This document shows positions 1 through 8,270 of a stretch of 43,083 bases of DNA, piece after piece. Positions within the stretch are counted from its first letter, which is position 1. Each line of letters begins with the position of its first letter. The notes below the pieces were generated by a model. That model was not told where the DNA came from. It worked only from the letters and a program-made list of their open reading frames with translations, and did no database searches. This stretch comes from Candidatus Aerophobota bacterium (GTDB lineage Bacteria; Aerophobota; Aerophobia; Aerophobales; JAGGXI01). Location of the stretch: assembly GCA_034659655.1 (NCBI GenBank), contig JAYEHT010000201.1, positions 1 to 43,083 of the forward strand, in the 5' to 3' direction. Position numbers and translations under genes: made by a program.

Positions 1-133
1 ATTAAGTAGAACGGTGTTTCATTAAAATTGGGTAAAAGTTCATAGTTTAGTACTTTTTTCTTCCCTTTTATCCATTTTTTGGAAGGATATCGAATTACTA
101 TTTAGAATTTTCCTGAAACTGGAGGAAAAATTC

Positions 134-161
134 TTGACTTTATTTATTTTCCTTATATAAT
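134..161 (+). promoter_or_regulatory. sigma70-like promoter candidate for ORF 182..604
   Basis: TTGACT at 134-139, a 16-nt spacer, TATAAT at 156-161. AAGGAGG follows at 168-174 and ATG at 182. Confidence 0.45.
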
Positions 162-181
162 TTAAAAAAGGAGGAAAAGAT

Positions 182-604
182 ATGATTCAATTAGGGTTAG
201 CAATTATCGCTCTTATCTTATTGATTACTTATTTAAGAAACATAAAGGCAAACAAACCAGAGAAAAAACATCCATCCTCACCCTTAAAAAAAGTAGATGT
301 AAAAATTGAGTTATTCAAACAAGAAATGATGGGATTCTTAAAAGAATTAAAAGGAAGAAAAACTCAGACAAGGATAAAAAGATTGGATCTAGAAATAGAA
401 AGATTACGTAAAGTAAGACAACTCGATGCTATCTTAGAAAAAGCTGAAAAGGAGACTAACCCCCAAAAAGCTATAGACTACTATTTAGAAGGCTTCTCTT
501 TTATTACAAAGAATAAATTCGAGCTAGATAGAAAAGAAGAAATTGAAGAAAAAATAAGGTCGCTTCAACAGGTAATAGATACGAATGTTCGCTCTCGCAG
601 ATAA
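182..604 (+). CDS. hypothetical membrane-anchored coiled-coil protein
   Basis: Good SD and ATG. N-terminal hydrophobic helix (LGLAIIALILLITYL) followed by a Lys/Glu-rich helical region. I recognise no family. Confidence 0.5.
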   Translation: MIQLGLAIIALILLITYLRNIKANKPEKKHPSSPLKKVDVKIELFKQEMMGFLKELKGRKTQTRIKRLDLEIERLRKVRQLDAILEKAEKETNPQKAIDYYLEGFSFITKNKFELDRKEEIEEKIRSLQQVIDTNVRSRR

Positions 605-639
605 ATCCTAGTAGATGTTTCTTATCTAACGGGATAAAT

Positions 640-1323
640 TTAAAATTCAGACTCAAGTATTTCCTTTACCGATTCCATATCCTGGAGAAAGAGCCTTTTC
701 CAGTTAGGTTTGTATATGCAGGCAGCTGGATGGAAGGTAGGAAGGAGAGCTATCTTTTTATAATATTGCCGCCTGCCCCGTAGAGAAGTAATCCCCTGGT
801 TAGTATTCAGAAGAACCTGAGTAGCAAATTTACCCAAAGTGCAAATTAAGCGAGGATTAATAATCTCTATCTGTTTTTTTAAATAAGGAAAACAGGTTTC
901 TATCTCCTCTGGAGAGGGGTCTCTATTAGCAGGAGGATGACATTTGAGAATATTAGCAATATATATTTGAGAAAGTGGGATATTAAATCTTTCAAGAGCC
1001 TCGGTTAAGACATTGCCTGCTGCTCCCACAAAAGGCTTTCCCTGCAAATCTTCATTCTTTCCGGGAGCTTCCCCTACCAGCATTAATTTTGCCTCAGGAC
1101 TACCCTGGCCAAAGACTAAATGAGTTCTCCCTTTAAAAAGAGGACATTTCCGACAATTTCGCATAGAACGATAAAGAGCTTCTAATAGTCTTTTAGGATT
1201 CTTTTTCTCTAAATTATCTCCTACCCTGTCCTCTTTTTTTGATATACCCTGCCTTTTCTCTAAATATCTTCTGAAAGATCTGACGATTTGGAGATAATCA
1301 GCATAAAGTTTTTCTTCAGCCAT
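640..1323 (-). CDS. uracil-DNA glycosylase, family 4
   Basis: Cys cluster CRKCPL near the N-terminus, motif [17 protein letters not shown], and C-terminal FHPAA. These are typical of family-4 (thermostable-type, Fe-S) UDGs. Confidence 0.8.
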   Translation of the reverse strand: MAEEKLYADYLQIVRSFRRYLEKRQGISKKEDRVGDNLEKKNPKRLLEALYRSMRNCRKCPLFKGRTHLVFGQGSPEAKLMLVGEAPGKNEDLQGKPFVGAAGNVLTEALERFNIPLSQIYIANILKCHPPANRDPSPEEIETCFPYLKKQIEIINPRLICTLGKFATQVLLNTNQGITSLRGRRQYYKKIALLPTFHPAACIYKPNWKRLFLQDMESVKEILESEF

Positions 1324-1405
1324 CTTTTATTCCTATGAGAATAGAAATTTCTTCTTGAACTAATCATATTTGAAAAAGAGCTAAAGTCAAACGCAGAAGA
1401 AAAAG

Positions 1406-1434
1406 TTGACATTATGGATAAATTGTATTATATT
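1406..1434 (+). promoter_or_regulatory. sigma70-like promoter candidate for tRNA-Arg
   Basis: TTGACA at 1406-1411, a 17-nt spacer, TATATT at 1429-1434, about 25 nt upstream of the tRNA 5' end. Confidence 0.5.
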
Positions 1435-1458
1435 TATTACCGTCCATAAAAATCACCT

Positions 1459-1532
1459 GTCCTGGTAGCTCAATTGGATAGAGCAACAGCCTTCTAAGCT
1501 GTGGGTTGGGGGTTCAAATCCCCCTCAGGACT
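1459..1532 (+). tRNA. tRNA-Arg (anticodon TCT)
   Basis: Hand-folded cloverleaf: acceptor GTCCTGG/TCAGGAC, D arm GCTC..GAGC, anticodon stem ACAGC/GCTGT with loop CTTCTAA, T arm GGGGG-TTCAAAT-CCCCC. 74 nt, no encoded CCA. Confidence 0.9.
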
Positions 1533-1544
1533 CTATTTTAGCAT

Positions 1545-1616
1545 GCGGGGGTAGCTCAGCTGGTAGAGCATCGGCCTTAAAATCCTGGAATCTCCCGTAG
1601 CCGTTCAGGTCCTCCA
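1545..1616 (+). pseudogene. degenerate copy of tRNA-Gly(TCC); 5' half intact, 3' half scrambled
   Basis: 1542-1578 is identical to 3866-3902, which covers 3 nt of leader plus the tRNA-Gly 5' end through the first two anticodon-loop bases. After that the anticodon stem and T arm no longer fold. Only CCGTTC (1601-1606) and CTCCATAAT (1612-1620) echo the intact gene. Confidence 0.7.
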
Positions 1617-1627
1617 TAATTTTCCTC

Positions 1628-2908
1628 TCACCCAAGCTTCCTGACTTTTCTGGGAGCTGCAACCCACAAAAGGATACAAGACACACAGGTTACCAGGATA
1701 GCTATGATAAGGGCTATAAAATAGCTCTTTGTGGTATCAAATACAAACCCTCCAAACCAGGGTCCCAAAATACCTCCCAACCCGAAACTCAGAAGCATAA
1801 ACCCGTTGATAGAACCGAAATTTTTGCTGTGGAATATATCAGCTACTGCTGCTCCCAGAACAGGCCCATTCATTCCCATCCCTAACCCAAAAAAAATTGC
1901 ATATAAATAAGGTATCCAGCTATGAGAAACCTTTTCGAGCAGCAAAAGCATAAAAAGACCCAGAATTGAGGCAAGACATGCCAAAGTAAATGTTTTTTCT
2001 CTACCGATTTTATCCGAGATAAAACCACTCAAGCTCCCCAAAACCACCATTATTCCCCAGAGAGCAACTATTGAGGTGGCAAAAGCATTGCTGAATTCAG
2101 CATCTCTCAACAGAGCAATCTGATGAACCACCACAAAGTTTTCTACCAACCCAAAAATGCAAAAATATGTAAAAAACGTAAACCAAAACTGATAAGTCCC
2201 CATAGCTTTTCTTAAAGTCCAATTGACATTTACCCACTCTTTATCCACTTTCACTGTGCTTTGTACCCGATTGAGAGTTGATTTTGCTCTCTCTAAAGGA
2301 TGAATCCCATCTGGCAAAAGACCCACATCTTGAGGCCTATGACGAGAAAAAAGAGCAATCAGGGGCAGTAAAATAACCCCTATAAGGACACCAACCAAAA
2401 TAAAGGATGTACGCCAGCCGAATTTTGTGATTAAGGATTGCAGGAGGGGAATCATAAGGAAAGATGTCCCCCATCCTGAGGTAAATATTCCAAGGGCCAT
2501 TCCTCTTCTTCTAATAAACCAGTGAGGTAACACAGCAGCGTTAGCTGGATACCCTACCAAACTGATACCAATAGCATTTACTACGCCAAACAAAAGATAA
2601 AAATGATATAAGGTATTTACTTTGCTGCACAGTATCATAGCTAAAGTCAGAATAGTTGCCCCGGCTAAAAGAATCTTTTTGGGTCCGAATCTATCCACCA
2701 GAGCTCCAGCAAAAGGAGCAGTTATTCCGTATACAATTACGTTAACAGAGAAGATCCCGGCAGTGCTGGCTCTACTCCATCCAAATTCATTTAAAATCAC
2801 CACATAAAAAACTGAAAATGAATTACGAGATGCATAGGCTAAAACCATAGCAACAAAAGACATTGCTAAAACAATCCATCCGTAAAAGAATAGAGGTTTT
2901 TTACTCAT
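1628..2908 (-). CDS. MFS transporter (12-TM; oxalate/formate-antiporter-like subgroup is a guess)
   Basis: 426 aa, hydrophobic throughout with a central cytoplasmic loop. MFS-type motif DRFGPKK after TM2. Confidence 0.8.
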   Translation of the reverse strand: MSKKPLFFYGWIVLAMSFVAMVLAYASRNSFSVFYVVILNEFGWSRASTAGIFSVNVIVYGITAPFAGALVDRFGPKKILLAGATILTLAMILCSKVNTLYHFYLLFGVVNAIGISLVGYPANAAVLPHWFIRRRGMALGIFTSGWGTSFLMIPLLQSLITKFGWRTSFILVGVLIGVILLPLIALFSRHRPQDVGLLPDGIHPLERAKSTLNRVQSTVKVDKEWVNVNWTLRKAMGTYQFWFTFFTYFCIFGLVENFVVVHQIALLRDAEFSNAFATSIVALWGIMVVLGSLSGFISDKIGREKTFTLACLASILGLFMLLLLEKVSHSWIPYLYAIFFGLGMGMNGPVLGAAVADIFHSKNFGSINGFMLLSFGLGGILGPWFGGFVFDTTKSYFIALIIAILVTCVSCILLWVAAPRKVRKLG

Positions 2909-3201
2909 ATCTACATATATTAAAAGAAAAAATCAGTGGAGTCAATCAGACGCATTAAATCTGTCACCGCAAAATGATAATGCCATACTACTGTGAAATG
3001 TTTCAGATCAAAACAAATGAATAAAGAGAAAAAAATGGGAAAAAATCAGTTTGGGAAGACAAGTCCCCGAAAAGGACGGTTTCTAATTGCTGATAAGCTA
3101 TTAGAAATGACTTTCGAAGCTGATGGGGTTTTGCGGGAGATACAGCCTGATGGGCGGAGGGACGGTCAGGCGTATCGGGGGAATACAAAATAAGCTAAAA
3201 A

Positions 3202-3459
3202 TTAATACTCTAATTTAACTCCAAGTTTTTCAGCAATTTGTTGAATCCACTTTTCATGACGGTCCACTTTATGAGCTAACGCCACCATCTCCTGAAAGTA
3301 AGTGTCAGCTTTCTTAGCATAAGTATCAACTGCATTTAGTAAATTATTAACATCCTTTTTAGTAGAAAGATCTTTTACAGCTTCTTTTAAATCCTCTTTA
3401 GTGGCAAATACTTCTATAAGTTTTCGAATGTCATTATTAGTAAGCATATCTGCAGTCAC
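3202..3459 (-). CDS. small hypothetical helical protein (85 aa)
   Basis: Clean ORF with its own near-consensus promoter. Charged helical sequence ending KVDRHEKWIQQIAEKLGVKLEY. No family recognised. Confidence 0.5.
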   Translation of the reverse strand: MTADMLTNNDIRKLIEVFATKEDLKEAVKDLSTKKDVNNLLNAVDTYAKKADTYFQEMVALAHKVDRHEKWIQQIAEKLGVKLEY

Positions 3460-3482
3460 TTTAGTTTATTATTTCTGATTTT

Positions 3483-3510
3483 ATTATAACTCATCAAAAA
3501 GTAGTGTCAA
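3483..3510 (-). promoter_or_regulatory. sigma70-like promoter candidate for ORF 3202..3459
   Basis: On the minus strand: TTGACA (3510-3505), a 16-nt spacer, TATAAT (3488-3483). Confidence 0.45.
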
Positions 3511-3703
3511 ATTCTCCCATTTAAAACCTTCTCTTTTTTCATTATACTTATTTTTGAGGAGATCTCAAGTCAAAGTATGACAAATTATTTTTTTCTGGGT
3601 CCCATAAGGTCTGAAACATTTCAAGCTGAAAAGCCATAACTGGCAAGTTTTTCCTGAGGTATGGGGACATATGTCACTATTTTAAGTGATTTGATGCGAA
3701 ATA

Positions 3704-3732
3704 TTGACTTAAATAGAAAAATAATATATATT
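3704..3732 (+). promoter_or_regulatory. sigma70-like promoter candidate upstream of the tRNA operon
   Basis: TTGACT at 3704-3709, a 17-nt spacer, TATATT at 3727-3732. This would give a purine-rich leader of about 130 nt. A second TATAAT at 3857-3862 lies 7 nt before the tRNA-Gly 5' end. Confidence 0.4.
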
Positions 3733-3868
3733 ATAAAAGCGAAAGGGGAACAGAAAAGGGAGGTCTCCATAACCATAAGAGATAGGCAGTGGAAGGGAGA
3801 ATATTTAGACACCAAAGGAGAAATCAGAGAAAGCTTAAAATCCCAAAAATCCTAATTATAATGAACAT

Positions 3869-3944
3869 GCGGGGGTAGCTCAGCTGGTAGAGCATCGGCC
3901 TTCCAAGCCGATTGTCGCGGGTTCGAACCCCGTTCCCCGCTCCA
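3869..3944 (+). tRNA. tRNA-Gly (anticodon TCC), CCA encoded
   Basis: Acceptor GCGGGGG/TCCCCGC, anticodon stem TCGGC/GCCGA with loop CTTCCAA, T arm GCGGG-TTCGAAC-CCCGT, then T-CCA. Confidence 0.9.
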
Positions 3945-3948
3945 TAAT

Positions 3949-4026
3949 GGTGAGCGTAGCTCAATTGGTTAGAGCTCTGGACTGTGGATCCAGTGGTCGG
4001 GGGTTCAAATCCCCTCGCTCACCCCA
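3949..4026 (+). tRNA. tRNA-His (anticodon GTG) with encoded G-1 and CCA
   Basis: Extra 5' G before acceptor GTGAGCG/CGCTCAC, anticodon stem CTGGA/TCCAG with loop CTGTGGA, T arm GGGGG-TTCAAAT-CCCCT, discriminator C, CCA. Confidence 0.9.
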
Positions 4027-4064
4027 TATATTTTAGGAAATCATTAAACTCTTCATTTTTTAAA

Positions 4065-4161
4065 GGGGAGCAGGCCTTGCTTGCTCGAGTGAAACGAGAG
4101 TCGGCTTTGCCGACAAGGCCGTTGAGGGGGAAATGCGAAGCATGTCCCCCTCAAGGATCTT
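4065..4161 (+). repeat. structured intergenic repeat, copy 1 (three hairpins)
   Basis: Near-identical to 4454-4553. Closing helix GGCCTT (4073-4078) / AAGGCC (4115-4120) encloses hairpins 4084-4100 and 4100-4114. A long hairpin TTGAGGGGGA...TCCCCCTCAA follows at 4122-4154. The element abuts the 5' end of tRNA-Lys. Confidence 0.8.
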
Positions 4162-4235
4162 GGGCCGTTAGCTCAATTAGGCAGAGCAACGGACTCTTAA
4201 TCCGTAGGTTACAGGTTCGATTCCTGTACGGCCCA
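4162..4235 (+). tRNA. tRNA-Lys (anticodon CTT)
   Basis: Acceptor GGGCCGT/ACGGCCC, anticodon stem ACGGA/TCCGT with loop CTCTTAA, T arm ACAGG-TTCGATT-CCTGT. No encoded CCA. Confidence 0.9.
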
Positions 4236-4240
4236 TCAAA

Positions 4241-4312
4241 GCGGGAATAGCTCAGTGGTAGAGCATCACCTTGCCAAGGTGAGGGTCGCGGGTTCAAATC
4301 CCGTTTCCCGCT
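4241..4312 (+). tRNA. tRNA-Gly (anticodon GCC)
   Basis: Acceptor GCGGGAA/TTCCCGC, anticodon stem TCACC/GGTGA with loop TTGCCAA, T arm GCGGG-TTCAAAT-CCCGT. No encoded CCA. Confidence 0.9.
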
Positions 4313-4320
4313 CTCTAAGG

Positions 4321-4406
4321 GCGAGGGTGGCGGAATTGGTAGACGCGCTAGACTTAGGATCTAGTGAGATATTCTCATGCGGGTTCAAGTCCCGCCTCTC
4401 GCACCA
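4321..4406 (+). tRNA. tRNA-Leu (anticodon TAG), long variable arm, CCA encoded
   Basis: Acceptor GCGAGGG/CTCTCGC, anticodon stem CTAGA/TCTAG with loop CTTAGGA, variable arm TGAGATATTCTCAT, T arm GCGGG-TTCAAGT-CCCGC, A-CCA. Confidence 0.9.
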
Positions 4407-4453
4407 AAATATTTATAGCATCGGAATTTCAAAAACTCCTTCGAATTAAACAG

Positions 4454-4553
4454 GGGGAGCAGGCCTTGCTTGCTCGAGCGAAGCGAGAGTCGGCTTTGCC
4501 GATAAGGCCGTTGAGGGGGAAATTACGAAGGAATGTCCCCCTCAAATATCTTG
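4454..4553 (+). repeat. structured intergenic repeat, copy 2
   Basis: Same architecture as 4065-4161. Differences from copy 1 fall in hairpin positions as paired or wobble changes (see finding). It ends 17 nt before the tig start codon. Confidence 0.8.
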
Positions 4554-4570
4554 AAAAAGGAAAATAAGTA

Positions 4571-5875
4571 ATGGAAATAAGCATAGAAAAAAAAGAAAAC
4601 TCAGAGGTTAGTTTAAAGGTAGAATTCCCGGAAAAAAGAGTAGAAGAGGAACTTTCCCAGGCTTTTCGGAAATTGGTTAAAAATGTAGAAATCCCCGGTT
4701 TTAGAAAAGGAAAGATTCCCAGAAAAATATTTGAAAGAAGATTTGGAGAAGAGAGGATTCGGGAAGGGGTTATAAAAAAAGTCTATCCCGAAGTTCACAG
4801 AGAAATAGTAAATAGATATAAATTATTACCTCTCATTGAGCCAGAAATGAAGATTTTACAATTTTCTCGCCATAAGCCTCTAATCTTAGAAGTAAATCTA
4901 ATAACCGGACCGGAAGTTAAATTAGATAAATATAAAGAGATTAAAGTTGAGAGAGAGAAGATAAAGATATCTGAGGGTGAAATAGAAGAGGCGCTAAAGA
5001 ATCTCCAAAAACAATCTACTACTTATATTCCTGTTGAAGAGAAAAGGGAAATAAGAGAAGGAGATGGGATAATTATGGATTGGCAAGGTTTCTATAAAAA
5101 GGGGAAAAAACCTTTTATAAAAAAGGGAAAAGGAGAGTTTTTCAAAGTAGGTTCCTCCACATTTCCTCCTTCTTTCTCTAAAGGGTTAATTGGATTGAAG
5201 GTGGGAGAGAGAAAAAAAATAGAGATTACATTTCCCCCCTCTTTCTCTCAAAAGGAACTTGCAGGAGAAAAGGTCTCTTTTGATATAAACATAAGAGAAA
5301 TAAAGAAAGAAAAAATTCCTCAAATTGATGATGAGTTTGCCAGGGATCTCCAATTTGATAATTTAGAAGCTTTGAAAAAACATATTAAAGAAAGCTTAGC
5401 CGAAGTAAAAGAGAATAAAAGAAGAAAGAGCATAGAAAACCAGATAATTAAAAAAGTAGTAGATAGCTCTCAGGTTAATCTTTCTCCTTCCTTAATAGAA
5501 AGAAAAAAAGAGGAAAGATTAAAAGGATTAGAACTAAAGTTAAAAAATCAGAAGTATTCACTTGAAGAGTATATTAAGCAGCAGAAAACAAGCAAAGAAG
5601 AACTTGAAGAAAAAATAAAGTTGGAGATAGAAAAAGAACTGAAAACATTCTTCACCTTGCAAGCTATTACAGAAAAAGAGGAGATAGAAGTTAAAGAAGA
5701 GGAAGTAGAGAAAAGAATAAAAACTTTGATGAAGGGAGAAAAGACCGAGGAGAAGGTAAAAAAAATAAAGGAAAACCTGGCCAAGCAGGGAGATTTAGAG
5801 CTGCTTAAAAGTCAGATAAGACAGGAAAAAACAATTGATTTTTTATATAATGAGGCTAATATTAAAGGAGAGTAA
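4571..5875 (+). CDS. tig: trigger factor
   Basis: 434 aa. N-terminal ribosome-binding signature GFRKGKIP, a central FKBP-like segment, and a Lys/Glu-rich C-terminal arm. Lies immediately upstream of clpP as in many bacteria. Confidence 0.9.
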   Translation: MEISIEKKENSEVSLKVEFPEKRVEEELSQAFRKLVKNVEIPGFRKGKIPRKIFERRFGEERIREGVIKKVYPEVHREIVNRYKLLPLIEPEMKILQFSRHKPLILEVNLITGPEVKLDKYKEIKVEREKIKISEGEIEEALKNLQKQSTTYIPVEEKREIREGDGIIMDWQGFYKKGKKPFIKKGKGEFFKVGSSTFPPSFSKGLIGLKVGERKKIEITFPPSFSQKELAGEKVSFDINIREIKKEKIPQIDDEFARDLQFDNLEALKKHIKESLAEVKENKRRKSIENQIIKKVVDSSQVNLSPSLIERKKEERLKGLELKLKNQKYSLEEYIKQQKTSKEELEEKIKLEIEKELKTFFTLQAITEKEEIEVKEEEVEKRIKTLMKGEKTEEKVKKIKENLAKQGDLELLKSQIRQEKTIDFLYNEANIKGE

Positions 5876-5904
5876 AATTTTTTTATCTAAATGAGGAGGA
5901 AAGG

Positions 5905-6489
5905 ATGGCTTTAATTCCTATGGTAATAGAAAAAACAGCGAGAGGGGAGAGAGCTTACGATATATATTCTCGCCTGCTTAAAGATAGAATAATTTTCATC
6001 GGTCAGCCCATAGACGATAATATAGCTAATACAGTAATTGCCCAAATGCTCTTTTTAGAAGTTGAAGACTCCAAAAAAGACATCTATCTTTACATTAACT
6101 CACCCGGAGGACTGGTTACTTCAGGGTTAGCTATATACGATACTATGCAATATGTGAGACCTGATGTTTCCACTATTTGTATGGGGCAAGCAGCCAGTGC
6201 CGCCGCCCTTCTCTTAGCTGCGGGAACTCCGGGGAAAAGATTTAGCTTGCCCAACACCAATATTTTAATTCATCAGCCAATGGGAGGAGCCAGAGGACAG
6301 GCTAGCGATGTAGGGATTCAAGCCCGTCAAATTCTAAAGATTAAAGGCAGATTAAATGATATTTTTGTGAAACATACCGGTCAAGCTAAGGAGAAGATTG
6401 AAAAAGATACTGATAGAGATTTTTATATGAGTGCCGAAGAAGCCAAAAAATACGGCGTTATCGATGAAGTAATTAAAACAAGGAAATAA
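5905..6489 (+). CDS. clpP: ATP-dependent Clp protease proteolytic subunit
   Basis: 194 aa with [20 protein letters not shown], active-site GQAAS, and IHQP. Confidence 0.95.
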   Translation: MALIPMVIEKTARGERAYDIYSRLLKDRIIFIGQPIDDNIANTVIAQMLFLEVEDSKKDIYLYINSPGGLVTSGLAIYDTMQYVRPDVSTICMGQAASAAALLLAAGTPGKRFSLPNTNILIHQPMGGARGQASDVGIQARQILKIKGRLNDIFVKHTGQAKEKIEKDTDRDFYMSAEEAKKYGVIDEVIKTRK

Positions 6490-6491
6490 CA

Positions 6492-8270
6492 TTGGTTGAA
6501 CAGGGGAAGATAATAAAAATCTCCGGTCCTTTAGTAGTAACTAAAGGTATCCCTCATGCTCGAATGTATGATGTAGTGAGGGTAGGAGAGAAAAGACTGA
6601 TTGGGGAAATCCTGGAGATAAGAGGCGAGAGAGCATCTATCCAGGTTTATGAGGATACAGGCGGCTTAAAACCTGGAGAACCTGTAGAATCTACCTATCA
6701 ACCCTTATCCGTAGAGTTAGCCCCTGGAATAATAGGAAATATATACGATGGAATACAGCGTCCTTTAGATCTCATCAAAGCAAAAACAGGAGATTTCATA
6801 ACCCGTGGGGTAGAGATGGAAGCGGTTGACAGAAAAAAAGAGTGGGAGTTTAAACCAACAGTAAAAATAGGAGAAAAGGTTTCTGGTGGAGATATATTAG
6901 GAGTGGTTCAGGAAACAGAGATAATAGAATATCGTCTTCTTGTTCCCCCGGGAATAGAAGGGAGAATAGAGAAAATCCATTCGGGTAGAGCAAAAGTGGA
7001 AGATGTAATTGCAGTAATTAAAACAGCAAAGGGGGGGAAGGAGGAAGTATCAATGCTCCAGAAATGGCCGGTAAGAAAGATGAGGCCCTATAAAAAACAG
7101 CTGGATCCTGCGCTGCCTCTTATTACCGGGCAAAGGGTTATTGATACATTTTTTCCTATAGCTAAAGGAGGCACAGCTTGCATTCCGGGACCATTTGGAA
7201 GTGGCAAAACTGTAATTCAGCATCAGCTATCCAAATGGGCGGATGCGGAAATTATTGTTTTCGTAGGTTGTGGAGAAAGAGGCAATGAGATGACCGATGT
7301 CCTGCGGGAATTTCCTGAATTAAAGGACCCTAAAACAGGTAAACCTTTAATGCAGAGAACTATTCTCATTGCTAACACATCTAATATGCCCGTAGCTGCT
7401 CGAGAAGCTTCTATTTATACAGGAATAACTTTAGCTGAGTATTATCGGGATATGGGTTATAATGTTGCTTTAATGGCTGATTCTACTTCTCGCTGGGCTG
7501 AAGCCTTAAGGGAGATGTCGGGAAGACTTGAAGAGATGCCGGGAGAAGAAGGATATCCAGCTTATCTTCCCTCAAGATTAGCAGAGTTTTATGAAAGAGC
7601 AGGAAGAATCATCTGTTTAGGGAAAGATGAGCGGGAGGCGAGTTTAAGCGCTATTGGGGCAGTATCTCCCCCTGGGGGAGACCTCTCTGAACCAGTAACT
7701 CAGGCTACCTTGCGGGTAGTTAGAGTATTTTGGGCTCTGATAGCTGAACTTGCCTATCAGCGCCACTTCCCAGCCATCCACTGGCTAAGAAGCTATTCTC
7801 TTTATGTAGATAATCTTAAGGAGTATTTTTCTAAAAGAATAGCCTCTGATTGGGTGAAACTGCGAGGTAAAGCTATAGCTCTTTTGCAAAAAGAGGATGA
7901 ATTAAAGGAGACTGTAAGACTTGTAGGATTAGACGCTTTATCCGATGAAGACAGAATAGCTATGGAAACTGCTCGTTCGGTAAGAGAAGATTTCCTGCAA
8001 CAGTTTGCCTTTCATGAAATAGATACCTACACTCCCATAAAGAAACAGTATCTAATGTTAAAATTAATTTTAAGTTATTACGATTTATCTCTTGAAGCTT
8101 TAAATAACGGAGCTCCTCTGGAAGAGCTCATATCTCTTCCAGTAAGGGAAGATATAGCAAAAGCAAAGTATACCCCCAATGAAGAGATTGAAAATGAGAT
8201 GAAAAAGATAAGTCAAAATTTAAAAGAAGAGATGAACAAATTGGGAAAAGAAGCGGAGGAGAGAATATGA
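6492..8270 (+). CDS. ntpA: V/A-type ATPase catalytic subunit A
   Basis: 592 aa. Walker A GPFGSGKT, and the non-homologous insert typical of A subunits. Begins at a TTG 2 nt after the clpP stop, with AAGGA about 9 nt upstream. Confidence 0.9.
   Translation: MVEQGKIIKISGPLVVTKGIPHARMYDVVRVGEKRLIGEILEIRGERASIQVYEDTGGLKPGEPVESTYQPLSVELAPGIIGNIYDGIQRPLDLIKAKTGDFITRGVEMEAVDRKKEWEFKPTVKIGEKVSGGDILGVVQETEIIEYRLLVPPGIEGRIEKIHSGRAKVEDVIAVIKTAKGGKEEVSMLQKWPVRKMRPYKKQLDPALPLITGQRVIDTFFPIAKGGTACIPGPFGSGKTVIQHQLSKWADAEIIVFVGCGERGNEMTDVLREFPELKDPKTGKPLMQRTILIANTSNMPVAAREASIYTGITLAEYYRDMGYNVALMADSTSRWAEALREMSGRLEEMPGEEGYPAYLPSRLAEFYERAGRIICLGKDEREASLSAIGAVSPPGGDLSEPVTQATLRVVRVFWALIAELAYQRHFPAIHWLRSYSLYVDNLKEYFSKRIASDWVKLRGKAIALLQKEDELKETVRLVGLDALSDEDRIAMETARSVREDFLQQFAFHEIDTYTPIKKQYLMLKLILSYYDLSLEALNNGAPLEELISLPVREDIAKAKYTPNEEIENEMKKISQNLKEEMNKLGKEAEERI

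Noticed and set aside
2993-3193. 66-aa ORF 2993..3193 (+) and its antisense partner 3003..3188 (-)
   Set aside because: They lie in the leader/spacer between two minus-strand genes. They have no SD and unusual Arg/Gly-rich composition driven by the G-run tract. This region is treated as non-coding (see the G-run finding).
2909-3201. Possible riboswitch in the 290-nt leader of the MFS transporter
   Set aside because: I compared the minus-strand sequence by eye with the TPP, guanidine-I/II/III, ZTP, c-di-GMP-I, glycine and preQ1 core motifs and found no convincing match. A covariance-model scan is needed before any such call.
3621-3855. Mutually antisense 64-aa ORFs 3621..3815 (-) and 3661..3855 (+)
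   Set aside because: The plus-strand ATG is only 1-2 nt from the GAGG, and the tRNA-operon promoter candidate lies inside the ORF. The minus-strand product is low-complexity and hydrophobic. Neither resembles a known protein.
4065-4553. Possibility that the two ~98-nt repeats are a CRISPR array or intrinsic terminators
   Set aside because: There are only two copies. They are far longer than CRISPR repeats and are separated by three tRNA genes rather than a spacer. The long hairpin is followed by GGATCTTG or ATATCTTG, not a T-run, so it is not a classic terminator.
3984-4567. ORFs 3984..4250, 4255..4449 and 4364..4567 from the six-frame track
   Set aside because: They run straight through tRNA-His, Lys, Gly and Leu and the two structured repeats. 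The similar peptides GEQALLAR.KRESALP.RPLRGK simply reflect the repeated DNA. They have no SD and no plausible protein.
6492-8270. Possible intein or other insertion in the V-ATPase A subunit
   Set aside because: At 592 aa the protein has the normal length for an A subunit including its usual non-homologous region. The Walker A and catalytic segments are contiguous.
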